A DNA stretch of 63,994 nt, counting the filler, from Streblomastix strix (taxonomy: Eukaryota): assembly GCA_008636045.1 (NCBI GenBank). It is 3 parts of 3 records of this genome, joined end to end, with 100 filler letters (N's around TTAATTAATTAA, not from the genome) between each part and the next. Parts side by side here need not be neighbours in the genome. Positions count along the whole stretch, not along the records: positions 21,953 to 43,792 come from SNRW01000350.1; positions 43,893 to 63,994 come from SNRW01000458.1; 1 more part is not named here. One strand, 5' to 3'. The notes under the pieces are model-generated. The model did no database searches and was not told where the DNA came from. It saw nothing but the letters and a program-made list of their open reading frames with translations. The position numbers and the translations under genes are program-made. Positions 36,053 through 50,919 of this stretch are shown here, piece by piece; positions within the stretch are counted from its first letter, which is position 1, and each line of letters opens with the position of its first letter.

Positions 36053-38479
36053 GTTCATATGAATATTATGAACATTATGTCTTAAACAGAGAGAATAAAT
36101 CGATCAAAAGTGTAGTCCAAGTATTCGCATCAAAGCTGCGCTTATATTTGTATCTTCATTAGTAGTTTCATGAATAATAAAACTTGGTTTTTTTCTTAAT
36201 GGAAATGTGCTGATTACCAAAGTTCTTATCTCTTTCCACTTCGAAATTTGCACATTTCTCCGATTTTAGGAATTGATCCACTTTCTGGAAGATCATCATC
36301 CCCACTACTAAGCATATCTAATCCAATATAAGAATTATTTTTATAATTATTTAACATTTATTTTTGAATTATAATTACAATGATTTTTCTTTAGCATTGA
36401 ATGGTTAAAATTATAGTGCAATAGTGCAACGTATGTCTTCTTTAAACGCTTGCTAATTTTATAAGATTTCATCATCGAGTTATGAAGGTGATGCTCTAAT
36501 TGTATCTTTTTCTCCTTTGTGAATAGAATGACTCTTTAGTTCCAATCACTTATATTTATTTATTTTATTTATTTAATTTCTTTGATATGGGGCACTCGTC
36601 ATATTTACATAACTACTCGCGATTTATTAATATTTCAATTCCTTTTGAAGAAATTAAACTTTCTAATTCATTTTGCATAAATTCTTGTTCATTCTATTAA
36701 GGAGTAAAATTTAATTCATTTAAATATAATGCAAAATAAATTAATAAATTTTCAATAAGTTATTTTACTCATTCAGTTCTTTCATGAGAGCTGATAGACA
36801 GTATCAATTTATAAACCGTTGAATAAATGTAAATTAATAATCACTTTGACCACAAGAAATATAAAAAAAAAATTTTCTTTCGTATTAAATTATTTTTCGA
36901 ACTGCAGATGTGAAATGTGTTAAATAAGAATATATTTAAGATTTCCTACATATTATATCTTGGATTTTGATGCTGTATTTGGAAAGTTAACTAAGTTTCT
37001 CTTCAATCAAAACCGAACTAAATTAATAAGATAAGAAAAGTACTTTTTATTGCTTCATAAATTTACTTTTGTTAATAATTATTAATCTGCTATTTTAACG
37101 ATGAAACAGTTATTAATTTTTATTTAATATATTTTTATATTTATTCTGCATTTATTTATTCACATTTCCGAACTATTAATGTATTACGAAACATTAAAAC
37201 CATTGTAATCTCAATAATACTTCAAAAATTCTAATCTTCAATTTATTATCAAAATATTATTTACTGAATATTCAGATCTATCTATTTTTTTAATTTTAAT
37301 TAATTTCCAATTAAAATAATTATTCATCAATAATTCAAGATTATTCTAAGTAATTTTTTCTTATTCTTTTCAATAGATATCAATTTCATTTATGTTATTT
37401 TATTTTTCTATTTTCTTTATCAGATGGAAAAATCGACTAATTATACTTATTACACTGAAATAATTGGAATAACTTCAGATGTAGATATATCAGTATGATT
37501 ATTTTATAATATCTCTTTTTTTCTCTATTTATTAAATTTGCAGACAATTTTTCGTCAATTGAATTAAAAACTTGAATCATATAACACTAATCTGCATATT
37601 CCAGCATTAAAAAAGGACTATTGAATATTTTTGTTGATTGTATAAATTAATATTTTACAATTTTTATTTTTTATTTATTTTTTATTAATTTATTTTAATT
37701 TAAGATCATTAAAACAACGACTTTAGATTGAAATACAATTTGATTTCTTTACTGAATAAATTTTCCGAAAACATTGTAAAGAATGAAGAATTTGTTTATA
37801 ATCATTATATTTTTTATTTGATAAATTTCATTTCAATTATTCATGTTCTGAGAACAACAATCTTACATGATATTGGAATTCGAAATGGAAGTGATGACAA
37901 AATAATTCTTGCATAAATTTCAATTGAATAAAAAGAAAAAGATTAAAAGATTGAATATTTGGATTAATCAAATAGACTAAAAGAAGAACGAATTAAAATT
38001 GAAGATGAATATTTGAAAATAAAAAATGAAGAAATGAACTAGCAAGATAAAGAAATTATTGCTTTGAAGGTTGAAAATTCTAAATTGAATGAATAAATTG
38101 AGAAAATCAAATTCATATATTCTTAAGGTACAAACATTTATTTATCTTCATTATATTAGTTTATTAATTTTATTTATAAATTATTTTTATATTTAATTCT
38201 CATTATTAATTAAATCTGCAATATATTTAAAAGTAATTACATATGATTAAAATATTATATATAGTTTATTGGGTAAATTTTTATTTTATAATTAAACTAT
38301 TAATTGGAAAAAAAAGGAAAAAATTCAATGCATATTTTCCAAGCAAACACAAAGAATACCCGAATAAAGATGATCTTCCTTCATTTACACTACAAAAAAG
38401 TATTAAACAACATACATATCTTGTCATAAGGAAATTGTCATAGCAATAATCAAAAAAATATTGCAATAGTACTATTTGA

Positions 38480-40380
38480 ACAATATAAAGGTTTAAAATT
38501 TAGATCCAGACTATTCACTTTCATAGAGTCAAAAACGAAATAACAATCGCTCTCAATTGATTGTCAAGAGCAGGAAACTATAATTTGATAGAGAAAATTT
38601 TTCATTAAATGTATTTTCTGATGAACTTGAACCCAACAATAGATTAATTTTCCAAATATTTTAATAAAATTCACTTAGAATTTATGTTATTTACAAAGAG
38701 CCATGGATAAATTGCTATTAATGCATGCAATTTCCCTTGAAAGAAAAAATTTCTATGAATTCATTCACCAAATCCTCTCCTTCCGGCTGTTCTAAAGAAG
38801 ATAATAGAAGAACCTATAAGAACAATGATAATAGCACTACTATGACCAGGCCAGATTATTCTCATAGAACTGATAAACAAAAATTGTCAATATTTTATGT
38901 TTTTATTGGAGTATTGAAATATTGAAACCAAGTATATTGTTAATAAAAATTACTTTTATTCCTCTTTAAAGCAAGATTGGTTGCTTTCAGATAGGTAGAA
39001 GGCTAGGAAGTGGGAATGATGCACAAAAAAGAGTTAGAGAGTGTTAAATTTACCCAAAAGAGCAATTGATAAAGTTTTACATACAAAGATACAACACCCA
39101 AAGAAGATTCTATTATACAATGGAAAAACTTAAAAAATGGACCCAAATCAACCATTAACCAATACTTGATTCATTAATAATGAAACCACACATCATTAAA
39201 ACAGAAGTTCCAGCATAATTCAATTCAGCAAATACTTCAACAAGCTCGGCACATCAGTTTCTTAATGGACTTTCCTCAATGCTCTCACTCACATTCGACA
39301 TAGATTTAAAGAATAACCACATGCACCAATTCACCAGAAAAGCAATCTCAGAACATATGATCGTAAAACTGAAATACGAAGACGCATGAAACGTGGGAAT
39401 ATTATTTGACTTCTGGAGAGAAAAAGGATCGAACCGAAATTTGACATACATTGAACTGTAGACTAAATTCATTTCACTCAATATGAGTATCTGTTCAATG
39501 AGACCAGCCGAAATCGAAGGAATATCTCTAAGACACTCAGTAATTTGCGAATAGACTGATAAGGTAGACTTAGGACTACAACCGAAAACAAAGTCTGGAC
39601 AATTCACACAAACTTCTAAAGACTTGAGATCATACTGTATGTCCCGGAGCAGCATCTTTTTGATTGGATGAAAAGAATTTATAATAAATTTTGTCGATTC
39701 ATCAGAAATAATAAATTTGGAACACTCTTGGTGAATGAAGACATAACTATACCAGCCAAAAGAGGCCAAATCTCACTCAGATTAAAGAAATTACTAGACT
39801 TGATGGGTATAAAAGGGAAACAGGTATATTCATTTAGACACTCGGCAGCAACATAACTGGTAGTAATGGGTCTAGACGAAACGTTATTAAACACATACAC
39901 AGGATATGCGAGAAATTCAAAATCAACAAATGAGTACTATGTATTTGCCGAAAGATTAAGAGATAATGAAATAGCAACGAAACTATCTCATACTCATAAC
40001 CAAGTGGAATGTAATCCAATTTCAAGTACTCAATAAAGGTGAAGTTGTTCAATATGATATATACTCTTCAATTGCCAAAGTGGGAATATTGGTAATTAGA
40101 GGATGTATAATAATATACAACAACTTCGCCTTGTTCCCACCCATCAGTCTAAAACTCTATAAAAATGTATTCATATAGTTTTTTACTTTAGTCCCAACCC
40201 TTTGTGGCGTTTGTGAATCAACACTGCACTTTATGTATCATATACTTTCTTTATTTCCTCATCTTTATCAATCTCCGGGAAATGCCATCATGCAACATCG
40301 ACAAGTAAGTCGGTTAACTGTTGACAATGGTATCTAATAAGCCAGTAGGCATGAGATGCCAGCAATCATTCATAGGAGGA
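38480..40380 (+). mobile_element. DIRS-like retrotransposon 3' remnant (MT-like domain and tyrosine recombinase ~39040-40060)
   Basis: LPAVLKKIIEE...IIALL*PGQ; recombinase motifs SMRPAEI, YSFRHSAAT, TGYARNSKSTNEYY. Confidence 0.88.
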
Positions 40381-40885
40381 TATGCTTACGCAGTACGCTG
40401 ATAGAATTGAAACTAGAAACAAAGATATTTTTACTTTTCTGGCCATTTTATTTAACATTTAACTATTTTCATTCAAATTTTTAACTAGTTTTATCTTTAA
40501 CATTTTACTTTATTTCGTTTATTTAACGTTTTTTAATTTAAATTTAATCTTTTTGTTCGATGCTAGTATTTCTATGCTAAATTACGTAGTCATTTATCTT
40601 GTTTTTTATTCTTATACATCATTTGTTTATAAGGAATTTCTCTTGCTGGCTCTCTTCTCACCCACTTTACGTTTATAAACAACACTTCGTCTATTTTTTC
40701 TGCTGGATCTCCAGTTGTGAATCCAGATTTATCAATTTTTCTACCTTTCTTTTTTGTTTTTCTTAATGATCACCTCATTGTAAACATTGTTTGGGGAATG
40801 GCCAGAAAAATCACTTCAAATAGCTGATGGCAATCACTCAATAACGGCGAAGTTGTTGTATATTTGTCAGCTTATCATTTTAAAA

Positions 40886-41900
40886 ATGGAATTTTTTAAT
40901 AATTATTTTAATCTTTATTTGAAAAAATCAAGAAAAAAGACGCATCAAAAAGGTAAAAAAAAGAAAAATGAATTTGCTTCATCAAATTATTCTAATTAAA
41001 AAAATCAGCAAAATTTCAAAATTTCTAATGAGAACTAAAACAAAAGATAAGGAATTTCAATTGATTCCGATGAGTTTGATTCAATCTAAGAATCTAAATT
41101 GGGTAATTAATTGGGATCTATTTAAGGTTAAAATAGTGATAAAGATACTTAAAATATTGAAGAATAAGCTATATAAATTAAAGATAATAATATTATTGAG
41201 TAAGAATTAATAAATTAAATTGAAATTCCAGATAAAATAATTCCAGTTTCTCTTCCAATTTCTTTTCATTAACCACTGCCTCGCTATGGCATTCGAAATT
41301 ATGGAGTGACTTGCTTCATAAATTCAGATTTATAAATCATAACTTCTGCAATTTTGTAACATACAAATCTTTTCCCACCAATTAATAATCCAATTACCAT
41401 ATAAGATATTCTTTCTCAGCGTTCAATGAATTTAGCTCATAATGTATAAGACATAAACATTGAACAATTTATGAATAAATCAATCCGAAGTATTTGCCCT
41501 GTTCTACTTCCAGGGTGAGATGATGCGGGGGTTTTATTCTAACTTCTTATTAATTATTTGTTATTATCATATTCATCACTCGGAAAACCATTTTATTCTC
41601 TAAAATTCTCATAATATGAATGCACATCCTATTACATTTAAAGAAACAATCAAATTTAGAATTCGTACTATATGGTTCTAAAGACTATAGGTAGATTATT
41701 CAACTTAGAAAGTTGAGCGTTTGCAAACCAAAAATTCTTTTTTAAAACTAATAATATAATTATATAATATGCAATATATATATGTAAATAAAAACGTATT
41801 TATAATATCAAATCTCAAAATTCGTGGAGATAATTTTTTTCCATAATAAATGATTAAAAAGTAAAAAACAGCTCTAGAAAAAAGGTAATAAATTGAAATT
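40886..41900 (+). pseudogene. Ubiquitin-specific protease (C19)-like domain, degenerate
   Basis: Cys box GIRNYGVTCFINSDLQ (Cys 41312), G*DDAGVLF (QxDAxEF-like) and INDQKV. No clear His box; internal TGAs. Confidence 0.65.
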
Positions 41901-42467
41901 AATCAATTGAGGAAATAAGTTAAAGAGTTATAGGATTTAGTAAGAGAAAAAGATGTAATATGTGCACAGATACTTGAAATTTCACCAAAATAATAAAAAC
42001 CAGTTTTGCGCTCACCCCTTATTGTAGGTAAGACTTTTAAGGATATAAAACAAAATACATAATTAAATATAAATAAGTCAGATTTTAATACATCTTTAAA
42101 ACGAATAAATAATGAAGATTTTCGTAAAACATAAGATTTAAGATTTGAAGTTGTCAGAAATGATGGTATCCATATACTACATCTGCAATTATTAATAAGT
42201 TTCTTACTGCATTATTCTTATACGTCTTGTTTGAATTAAAGAGGAAAGAGTATTTTAATTATATTATTAAGAAAAAATATGTTTTTAATTTTATATTTTA
42301 TTTTATGTAATTACAGATCTTCTATATATTTCTGTCCCTGAAGAATTTTAAATTAGAAAAAAGAAGACATATATAATTCCCATTTCAATAGGTAGAATAA
42401 TATTTATTTAAAGTTAACTGATTTTTTTATTTCTTATTTTTTCATATTTTTTTAAAAATATAAAAGA

Positions 42468-43792
42468 TTATAAACCAGGCGTAACTATTTATTTCAGAAA
42501 CTTTCTTAAACCTGATGGAATTCAGTTGGAACCTCTATTAATGAATCCGTTTGCATACTCAGGAATTATAACATCCAATCAACTACAAATTATGGATAAA
42601 GAAAGAAATAAAGAAATATTGAGAAGGAAAGCAGTAAAAAAATAAAAAACCAGTAAAATATAAATATCAGAAATAGATGAAGATGAAGATGATATCTCAA
42701 ATCCAGATGTTCATACACCATAAATCAATCGTAATCTTGGTGGATAGATGGATAAAGATCTAGATAATCAATAAAATTAGAATCAGGATTTAACCGAATA
42801 AGTTATTCTCTTAAATAAATTGAAAGAAAGTTAAGAATTATCAAATGATCCTGTAATTCAACGATAAATTAGAATAAGATAAATAAATTAGATAAATTAA
42901 TAAAAACTTAAAAAGAAAAAGAATGAAGTAGAAATGAAAAAATAGAAGAGACGAAGAATTGATTCAGATGAAGATTATGAAGATGAAGGCATATCAGAAG
43001 ATGATGATGGAAAACCTTTAACTGGTTAAGTAAAATAATAAGATTAGTTGTAAGTAATTCATGTTCAAGGACGAGACGATGAAGATCTGAATTAAATTCT
43101 ATAAGGAAATTTTTTTATGCAACCGGAATTAGCTCCTAACAAATCATATTATGGAAACTATGAATTATTAATTGAGAAAAGAATGATTTATCAAAGTAAA
43201 AGAATTATGATTAACTCTTTCAATTTGTTGTATCCATTCGTTCCGATGACAGAAAGAAACTTCTATAATAAAACACATAACTTAATTGAACCAAATACAC
43301 GAACTGACCTTTGCAACATCTGCAATGATGTAGATATAATTTTCTTCAAATTATAACAGAGGAAATTAACTTTTATAGATTTAATAATTTAAGACTAAAC
43401 AAAATTGTCAAAATGGAAGATTCATATATAATATGCTGATAATTAAATAGAATAATAAGAATTTTAAATAGCACATTTATAATAACATGAAGCATCATTT
43501 CACATTGATTTTAAAGAAAATTTCATGCTAGATTTCTTTAAAGATCAAGATAGTGGTGGATTTTATCATAAAACACCAATAACATGTCTTACTGCAGTCG
43601 TTCATAAAGTTGATGCAAGTGGTAAACCAAGAAAAAAAGTAATAACAGTTCTTTCAAATATATTGAATCATACTGCGTCATTTGTTATTATGGCTATTGA
43701 ACGAATGTTTAAATCTGACTTTCTTAAGGACATTGAAACTGTTCGGTGGTGGAGCGATGGTGGCCCTCACTTTAAGAATAAACAGCTAATAT
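42468..43792 (+). CDS. Sola-like DDD transposase, last visible exon; truncated by the gap
   Basis: Uninterrupted frame when TAR=Gln: RTDLCNIC, FHIDFKENF (~43510), RWWSDGGPHFKN (~43760). Upstream GT-AG introns. Confidence 0.75.
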
Positions 43793-43892
43793 NNNNNNNN
43801 NNNNNNNNNNNNNNNNNNNNNNNNNNNNNNNNNNNNTTAATTAATTAANNNNNNNNNNNNNNNNNNNNNNNNNNNNNNNNNNNNNNNNNNNN
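43793..43892. other. Artificial contig spacer
   Basis: N-run with a central TTAATTAATTAA, 100 nt. Confidence 0.97.
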
Positions 43893-44275
43893 TACAGGTA
43901 ATGTTTATTAAGCATTTTATTGTAAATTCATATATTGTCATTAATTATGTATAAATATGTATACATTTATATAGATTATGTTCATGTAGAAATGTAAGTA
44001 CTGGAAAAATTGGAAAAAACGAGCAATTTCTACAACTTAGAGGGCATAATGACAAATACGCTGAACTAAAAGTTGATTATTGAACATCAAATAATAAAAA
44101 AATTGCTAAAACATTTCTGATCTTTTTTTACTGTCGACTTATAAAATGCTGTCGACTTTTAAAGAAACTATATATCCTCAGTATCTCCATAAATTGTTTT
44201 ATAGCATTTAGAAGCTAGATAAATAATACTTTCTCTCTCTGATTCGATAGCACAACCAAACACAATAAATAGTCA

Positions 44276-45340
44276 ATGAGAAAGAAGCAAACGCAAGGAA
44301 AGAATTTGAAGCGGAAAGAAGCTAAGGCGCAGGTTCTTGTGCAAGTTTTATTGGAAATTGATGGAATACAAGATAATTACGATTATTACGCATCTTTGGC
44401 TGCAAGATATGACAGATTGAAATCAAGAGCCAGACCGTTTGGTAGGCTGCCGTTTCATCCCAGCATGATATAAAGAACAAGAAAGCATGGAGGCCCATAA
44501 TTTAGATAAGAGGCGGGTGATGTTCTTGCTACACTTGTCGGTTATTTATACAGAGATATTAAGAAAATTAATAGGTTATTGTCTGCAGTCAGTGCACAAA
44601 AATATATAAATGATAAGCATTTAGACAAACGATTCAGTGAATAAGAATAAGATTTAGATGATAATCAAGCCACTCCTGATATTGCGGTTGTTTATGATTA
44701 GAAAACGAATTCAATTTATTCAGTCAATGGTTATACGACAGCTGTAGGATTTGGTGATAAAGACCATTAACATAAAAGAAATTGGAAAAGATAATGTTAT
44801 ACAGATGTTAATGATTTAGAACGAACAGCTTTGGTAGTCAAATTAAAACAACAAGGGATAAAAGGTGGTCTTTACATGAAATGGCTATAAATAACTAAGC
44901 CACATAATGAAAGAGAAATAAGACTACATTGTTTCAAAGCATTTGCTGTCGATGATAAATAAATAATAGACCAAAATGGAGGCGCAAATTTGTCAATGAC
45001 TATCAAATAACAAATAATGGCATCTGCATGGAATTCAGTATTTATTACCCCTGCTTGAAATATTAGAATATTAAGACGGAAAAATAGACCTATGTGTCAG
45101 AAATAATAAAGCTAAAGTAAAATTGGGAGATTACGAATATTTGTCAATTGCTAAAAGAGTATATAGGAAAGAATTTCCAGCATTTATTGCATAACCATAT
45201 ACTGAATAGCAGATTGGTAAAAAGATTGCATATGTTCTTGCATAAGCAATCGAATATAGTGGTAATAATCTAGGATAGAGATAACAATATATTGATGGTT
45301 ATGATTTAGCTAAATACAAGTTCGTTAGAAACAAATAATT
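44276..45340 (+). pseudogene. Polinton-associated hypothetical protein
   Basis: Long frame with DLDDNQATPDIAVVYD...IYSVNGY, reminiscent of metamonad Maverick proteins (from memory). Later frameshifts. Confidence 0.55.
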
Positions 45341-45557
45341 TATTTTATCATTGTTTTTTTTCATTTCTGGCAGAATGGCAGGCTGGCAGCAGTTTTTGAT
45401 GAAAGTTTCTGACTCAGAACACTCGGAACACTTCAAAGTCATTCACTATTCGAATCAATTTCTCGTGCCATTTTCAATAAATTCATTGATGTTTTAGGAC
45501 TCAGAATATTCAATCCTGTTTATATATGTAATAGTTATTTATTATTATTTTAAATAA

Positions 45558-46795
45558 ATGACAGATAAATCGGATTTTGATTCGTAAAGATTACGCATGC
45601 CTCCGATTGTGCCTCCGATTGTGCCTCCAATTATGCTTACAACTCAATCACTACCAGAGCTATAACCACTTTATCAATCGCCCAGATAAGTACAATAATA
45701 AATGACCTAAATGTAATATTATATTGGATGGATGCAAGTATGTGATTATTAGCCAATACCGTAATTATAAATAGAATGATAATAATAAGTATTAAAGTAA
45801 AAATATATTGAATAGATGTAAACACATAATTATTAACTATCACCTGAAATATAAATGGAGCAACGATAATATTAATTAATGCAAATGTAGAATTATATTA
45901 CATAGATGCAAGCATGTAATTACCTGCCATCACCTGAATTATCACATGAACTGCAACCCGAACAACAGGACGAAGTGCAAATGGACTATCAAATGGATTT
46001 AAGGCCTAAAAAACTAACTCAAAATGTTATAAGAGAATTAATGTTTTTATATGACCCTGAAATTTAATAGAAAATAAACATTAAAGAATTAAGGTCATAA
46101 TTTTCATAAAATTTAGACAAAATCGGTTTAAATCATGGTAGAAACAATAGCGATATAGTTAGAAATGCAATATTATAATCAGAACCATTTGCAATACGCA
46201 TCAGATAAGACATTCAATAAGGCCTTCAAAACGAATAAATTATCGGTGATGCTTACGCTAAATAATTTATGCAAGAATAAGATAACAAATAGCAAATGAA
46301 CGCTTAAGACGAATAGAGCCAACAGCACAATTAATAATGGGAGCAAGTGATGGAAGATTAGCGAGTCAGACATGCAAATTTATTAAAAGAAATTAAAGAA
46401 TAAAAAATAAACCTTAAATAAAATTGAAACGAGTATGTGCTCAAAAATGATAAAGATGAAATAAAAGAATGTAATGATGAAAATGAAGGCAAGATTTTTA
46501 GGCCAATTGATGTTCTTAACATCATGCAGAATACGATTATGTTATGTGTCCCACAACTCGAATAAGAATATGAAAGAAGAAAAAATTTTTAGCGAAAACA
46601 TAAATATAAAATTAACACGTTTAATATAACCCATTCTATGTTCATACTATCAGTCTTACAAAAGTACATCACTTAAATGATTTGACAAAAATTGAAGATA
46701 TCAATGCTTATTTAGATGAAATATATTAGCGAGAATAAAAATTCGCATTTAAAATTGCGTTTGATTTTGGAGTAGTTATTGATTCAGTATCGGAA
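45558..46795 (+). pseudogene. N-terminal (terminal-protein) region of a third pPolB, truncated
   Basis: NLDKIGLNHGRNNSD and EIYQREQKFAFKIAFDFGVV align with YLDKINYKKRGRNNNKD and KVYKEQHHQSFKIQLNFRVI of the contig-1 PolB. Gln-rich N-terminal repeats. Confidence 0.7.
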
Positions 46796-46799
46796 CTCT

Positions 46800-47880
46800 C
46801 TCGAGTCACTGAGGGTTTTATTTATTGTACAGAATGGGTCTGATCAATTTTATTTTTGGCCAGAGTGGGGTAAAAATGGATAGTATTGCTCGACTTATCC
46901 AATTATCTCGTAGAGTAGTGATAATGGGAACAACTGATGAGGACAAGATATTGGGACACGATATTCTAGCTGAGTTGGAGTCACCTGCTGCTACATCGTC
47001 GATTACGCCAGTTAATGACCTGTGCAATCGTGCACTTGTATAAGTTCTGACAGAATAAAACGAAAGAGATCTTATTAGGGATAATTAAGACGACGACAAA
47101 CTCAAAACGGTGAGCTAAGCGTCTTTGACCGAGACAACGAGATCTTAATCAGTTCTTCGAGCTATGGTGAAAGATTAAGCGCAAAATGATAATATTTCAA
47201 CTGATGGTCTGACAGGTACGGCTTAAATAGTCCGTGAGGCTATTCGAAATCGCCGAGACTTCTTCTGGGATGTGTCACAAGATGTACGAGCATAAATATC
47301 TAAAGATACTGAAATATTTCTTGAGGTAAAACCACCAGAAAGATCAGAAGAGCCTCAAATACCAAAGACAACTGAAGAAGTCGAGGACGCACTGAAAGCA
47401 GTCTAAGAAAAGAACAATATTAATATTGCAATGCTATTGGGAGTAAATGCATCTATGATCGAAGGATTATTTGATCCGGATAGTTTGGAGGTTGCATTAG
47501 CTCTTGCAGCAGAAGCAAAAGGGACCTTTTCAGCAGCGCGAAGAGGAAAACTATACGGTTTTCACTAAAATTCCTCGGCCCCTGAAATTCTAATTGACCC
47601 GAGTTTTGACGCAGCAAAGAGAGTTAAAGAAAGTTTTCCATTAATATCTTTCCATGATGCAAAGAAGACTGATAAACCAACAGCGAAATCCGGTTTTTTT
47701 AGACAGAAAGGCCTTGAAAAAAGCGAGATAGAATGGACTATTCTTCGCACCAGCTACGAAACTTGAATTCAAAAAAGAAGTCAAGGAAACCTGATATCGA
47801 GTAAATAAAGAGTAGCTAAGAGTTTCAAAAATTAATAATTCCCCTTGGAGAAGCTCTGAAATGGATAGGAAATTATGAAT
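46800..47880 (+). mobile_element. More GC-rich insertion with a gag-like ORF (probable DIRS ORF1 fragment)
   Basis: Abrupt composition shift; helical ORF from 46876 ...PKTTEEVEDALKAVQ...SAARRGKLYG. Family assignment is tentative. Confidence 0.45.
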
Positions 47881-48204
47881 GTTTTGATTTTTATGCATTT
47901 AAAGCCAAATTGGTAAAAAAAATGTAAAATTTAAATTAACATTTTTTTATAAATAGATCAGATTTATTTATAAAAAAAATAATATTTGGCATTATATTAT
48001 ATGTGTAACATTTAAATATAATATATCATATAATTCCTATCTTGTGTCTAGAAAACCTACGCGCAAGGACTTATTCTCCCCCCTGCATTACGTCTTCAGT
48101 ACATCGTGCATGATTTTTACAATAATTTATGGGTAAAATGAGTGAAAAATAATTAATAAAAATGATTTTTCTCAAACTATTTCAATATTTTATCTTTCAG
48201 GAAA

Positions 48205-50861
48205 ATGGCATAACTGGCAAACAACACTGAAGACAGTAAACTCATTGAATCAATCTTGACCGAATCAACTGAAAAGAGTATTAAATGTATGACACTTGAG
48301 AAAGGACCGAAAAGACAATATAATCGTAAGTCAAAAACAAATGAGAAAGTTAAAGCATTAATTGATCAGGTGATTAATGAACAGATAAATGAACAGACAA
48401 ATGTACAGACAAATGAATAAGAATAAACTAAAGAGTAATCCGATTCCTAAAGTGATTATGAAGTATTCTCTGAAGTATTATTTGAATGTTTCTCTAAAGC
48501 TAATGAAATAATATAATCCAAAACAATCAAAGAGAGAATTGATGGAGCAATCATTGATCTATATGAATATCGAAAATTCGCTTATCCTCAATTAAAAAAT
48601 AATTAATTAACAGGACACATTGTTGATTTGAGTTTGTACAAAGATGATAATTTATGTATTATTGATTTTGATATAGATCATGCAGGTAAATTGAATGAAG
48701 AAGAGAAAGAGAAAATTCGATAAAATGTTATCAGTAACATACTTCCAAAAAATATTGGATTAGTTCTAACTGCAAGAGGCGGAATACATGCTTATTGCAA
48801 TAGGAATGGATATAAATTACTTACAAGCAGAAACGAGAAAGTTGTTATATATAATGATAATCTTGAAATTGATATATATTTGCATAGATGTACACACATA
48901 AAGATGGCGAACTAGTTGCGAATCGAGTAGTACTACCAAATAGCAAAGTAAGAATCATGGAAAATGGAGTATAGAAAAAAGAGGTACTTCAATATAAAGA
49001 ACTTAATGATAGGTCTAATGCTCATCATCTAGCTTCCTTACATAATATTCTTGGTAGTTGGAATGTTGATTTAACTGCAAAAGATGATGATATTTCTAAC
49101 ACAGTTTCATAAGATTGCGCACTTGAAGCAATGCAAATTGAAATAGCTGATGCATGTATATAAGGTTTGAAAGGACTAAACATTCACAATGATATAAATA
49201 TATTAGCAAGAGAGATTAGATTACTTCCATTATTCATGGGACTAAACGGATTAGAATAAACGAAAGATAAATAATATAAAGAAGATGCCTATACAACTGT
49301 TTATAGAAATAATATTCTCATACCTAATGCAAATGAACATTGGAGCGATAGAAAAGGAAGATAGTCCAATAGAGCTAATGCATGAATACTAACGAAAATT
49401 AATAAACTTCATAACAAAAAATACTATGAAATAACTCATAAACATTTGTTCAGAAAGAGATTACTAGATAAAAATAAATCAAAGCATGAAATAAAAATGG
49501 AAACATTTGAAAATTAAGGAATTTATATTAATTATCCATTTATATTTGGAAACATAAGTGAGAAAGCAACAAGAGGAGAATATAAAGAAGAAGCTGATAT
49601 TGCAACTGATTTAACTAAGGAAATTAGATACTATGCAGGTGAATCAGAATTAGTGTTTATTATCAAAAAATATGATGTTTAATAAGAGACTAACGTAACA
49701 CGCTATAAAACAAAGACTAACACATATGAATAAATGCACATAATTAGACTATGGGATGATGGCAAAAACTATAACTATTTATGATATTTTCGAAAAATAT
49801 AGTGGATAATATGTTGTTGAAAGAGTTAGATTCAATTCAGATAATCCAAATGTATTCAGTGTCTTTCAAGTATATAAGTTTGAAAAATTAGAATTAGTTG
49901 ATGAATCAAAGACAGATATGTTCATTAATGATCTAACATATGGAACTATAGCAAGAGAAAATTAAGAAATTTTTGAATATATTCTTAATTGGATTGCATT
50001 CATTGCATAAAATGCAGGATAAAAAACAAGAACAGCTATCATTCTTCAAAGACTACAGAGAATTTGTAAAAATAGATTCACAGATGCTATTTCAGAAATG
50101 TTCTCGCGATATGGCCAACCAAATATATCTATGATCGAAGAATTCACAGGAACATTCAATTCAGTTGTTGAAAATGTAATGTTTGCAGTTCAGAATGAAA
50201 TGATGAATTATAACGAATCCAAGAAAGGTACTGCACAAGAAATGAAGACAATAAATACAGATAAAACTATTAGAATTTATGAGAAAAATTAACCAAGACG
50301 AAGAGCTGAGAATGTAATCAATACAATAATAGTAACTAACAATGATTACCCAATCCAATTAGATAATAGTGATGGACGCTATTTAGTGATAAAATGTAAA
50401 GCAGTTCATAGAGGAGAGCATGAATATTTCAATAAGCTGAGTAAAGGAATGGATAAAGATTTTTATGATAATTTATTAACATTCTTTCTAAACAGAGATA
50501 TCTCAAAATTTGATCCAACTTATATTCCAATGACTGAAGCGAAGAAATAATTATTAAGTTTTAGTTGAAAACAAGTTGATGATATTATTATCAAAAACTA
50601 TTAGAAATTTAAAGATGGCATTCCAATATCAGAGGTAAGCTAAATGAAACCAAATAATTGGAATGAACGAAGCTTCAAGCATTCGATCTTGCAAAAATGT
50701 TCTGAGCAAAGAATATATATTGATAAAAATAAGTTAGAGTATATAAGTTACTTGAAGAAAATTATTTAGTTTATGATGATATGATGAATGATCTAGATAA
50801 AGAAGAATAACGTGAGGAATAAGAGAAAATAGAAAATGCAACTGAATATTTTACAGAATGA
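48205..50861 (+). pseudogene. AEP prim-pol / SF3 helicase, paralogue of 32964-36052, inactivated
   Basis: CIIDFDIDH, TARGGIHAYC; Walker A decayed to LQRLQRICKNRFTD; IVTNNDYP. Frameshifts present. Confidence 0.88.
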
Positions 50862-50919
50862 ATCAATATTTTTTTTGTTCATGAACAGTGGAGAATTAAT
50901 GTGACATCTTTGTTGTGAC

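Noticed and set aside
44100..44172. CTGTCGACTT(A/T)TAAA duplicate resembling a Tc1/pogo right TIR
   Set aside because: No partner TIR within the contig.
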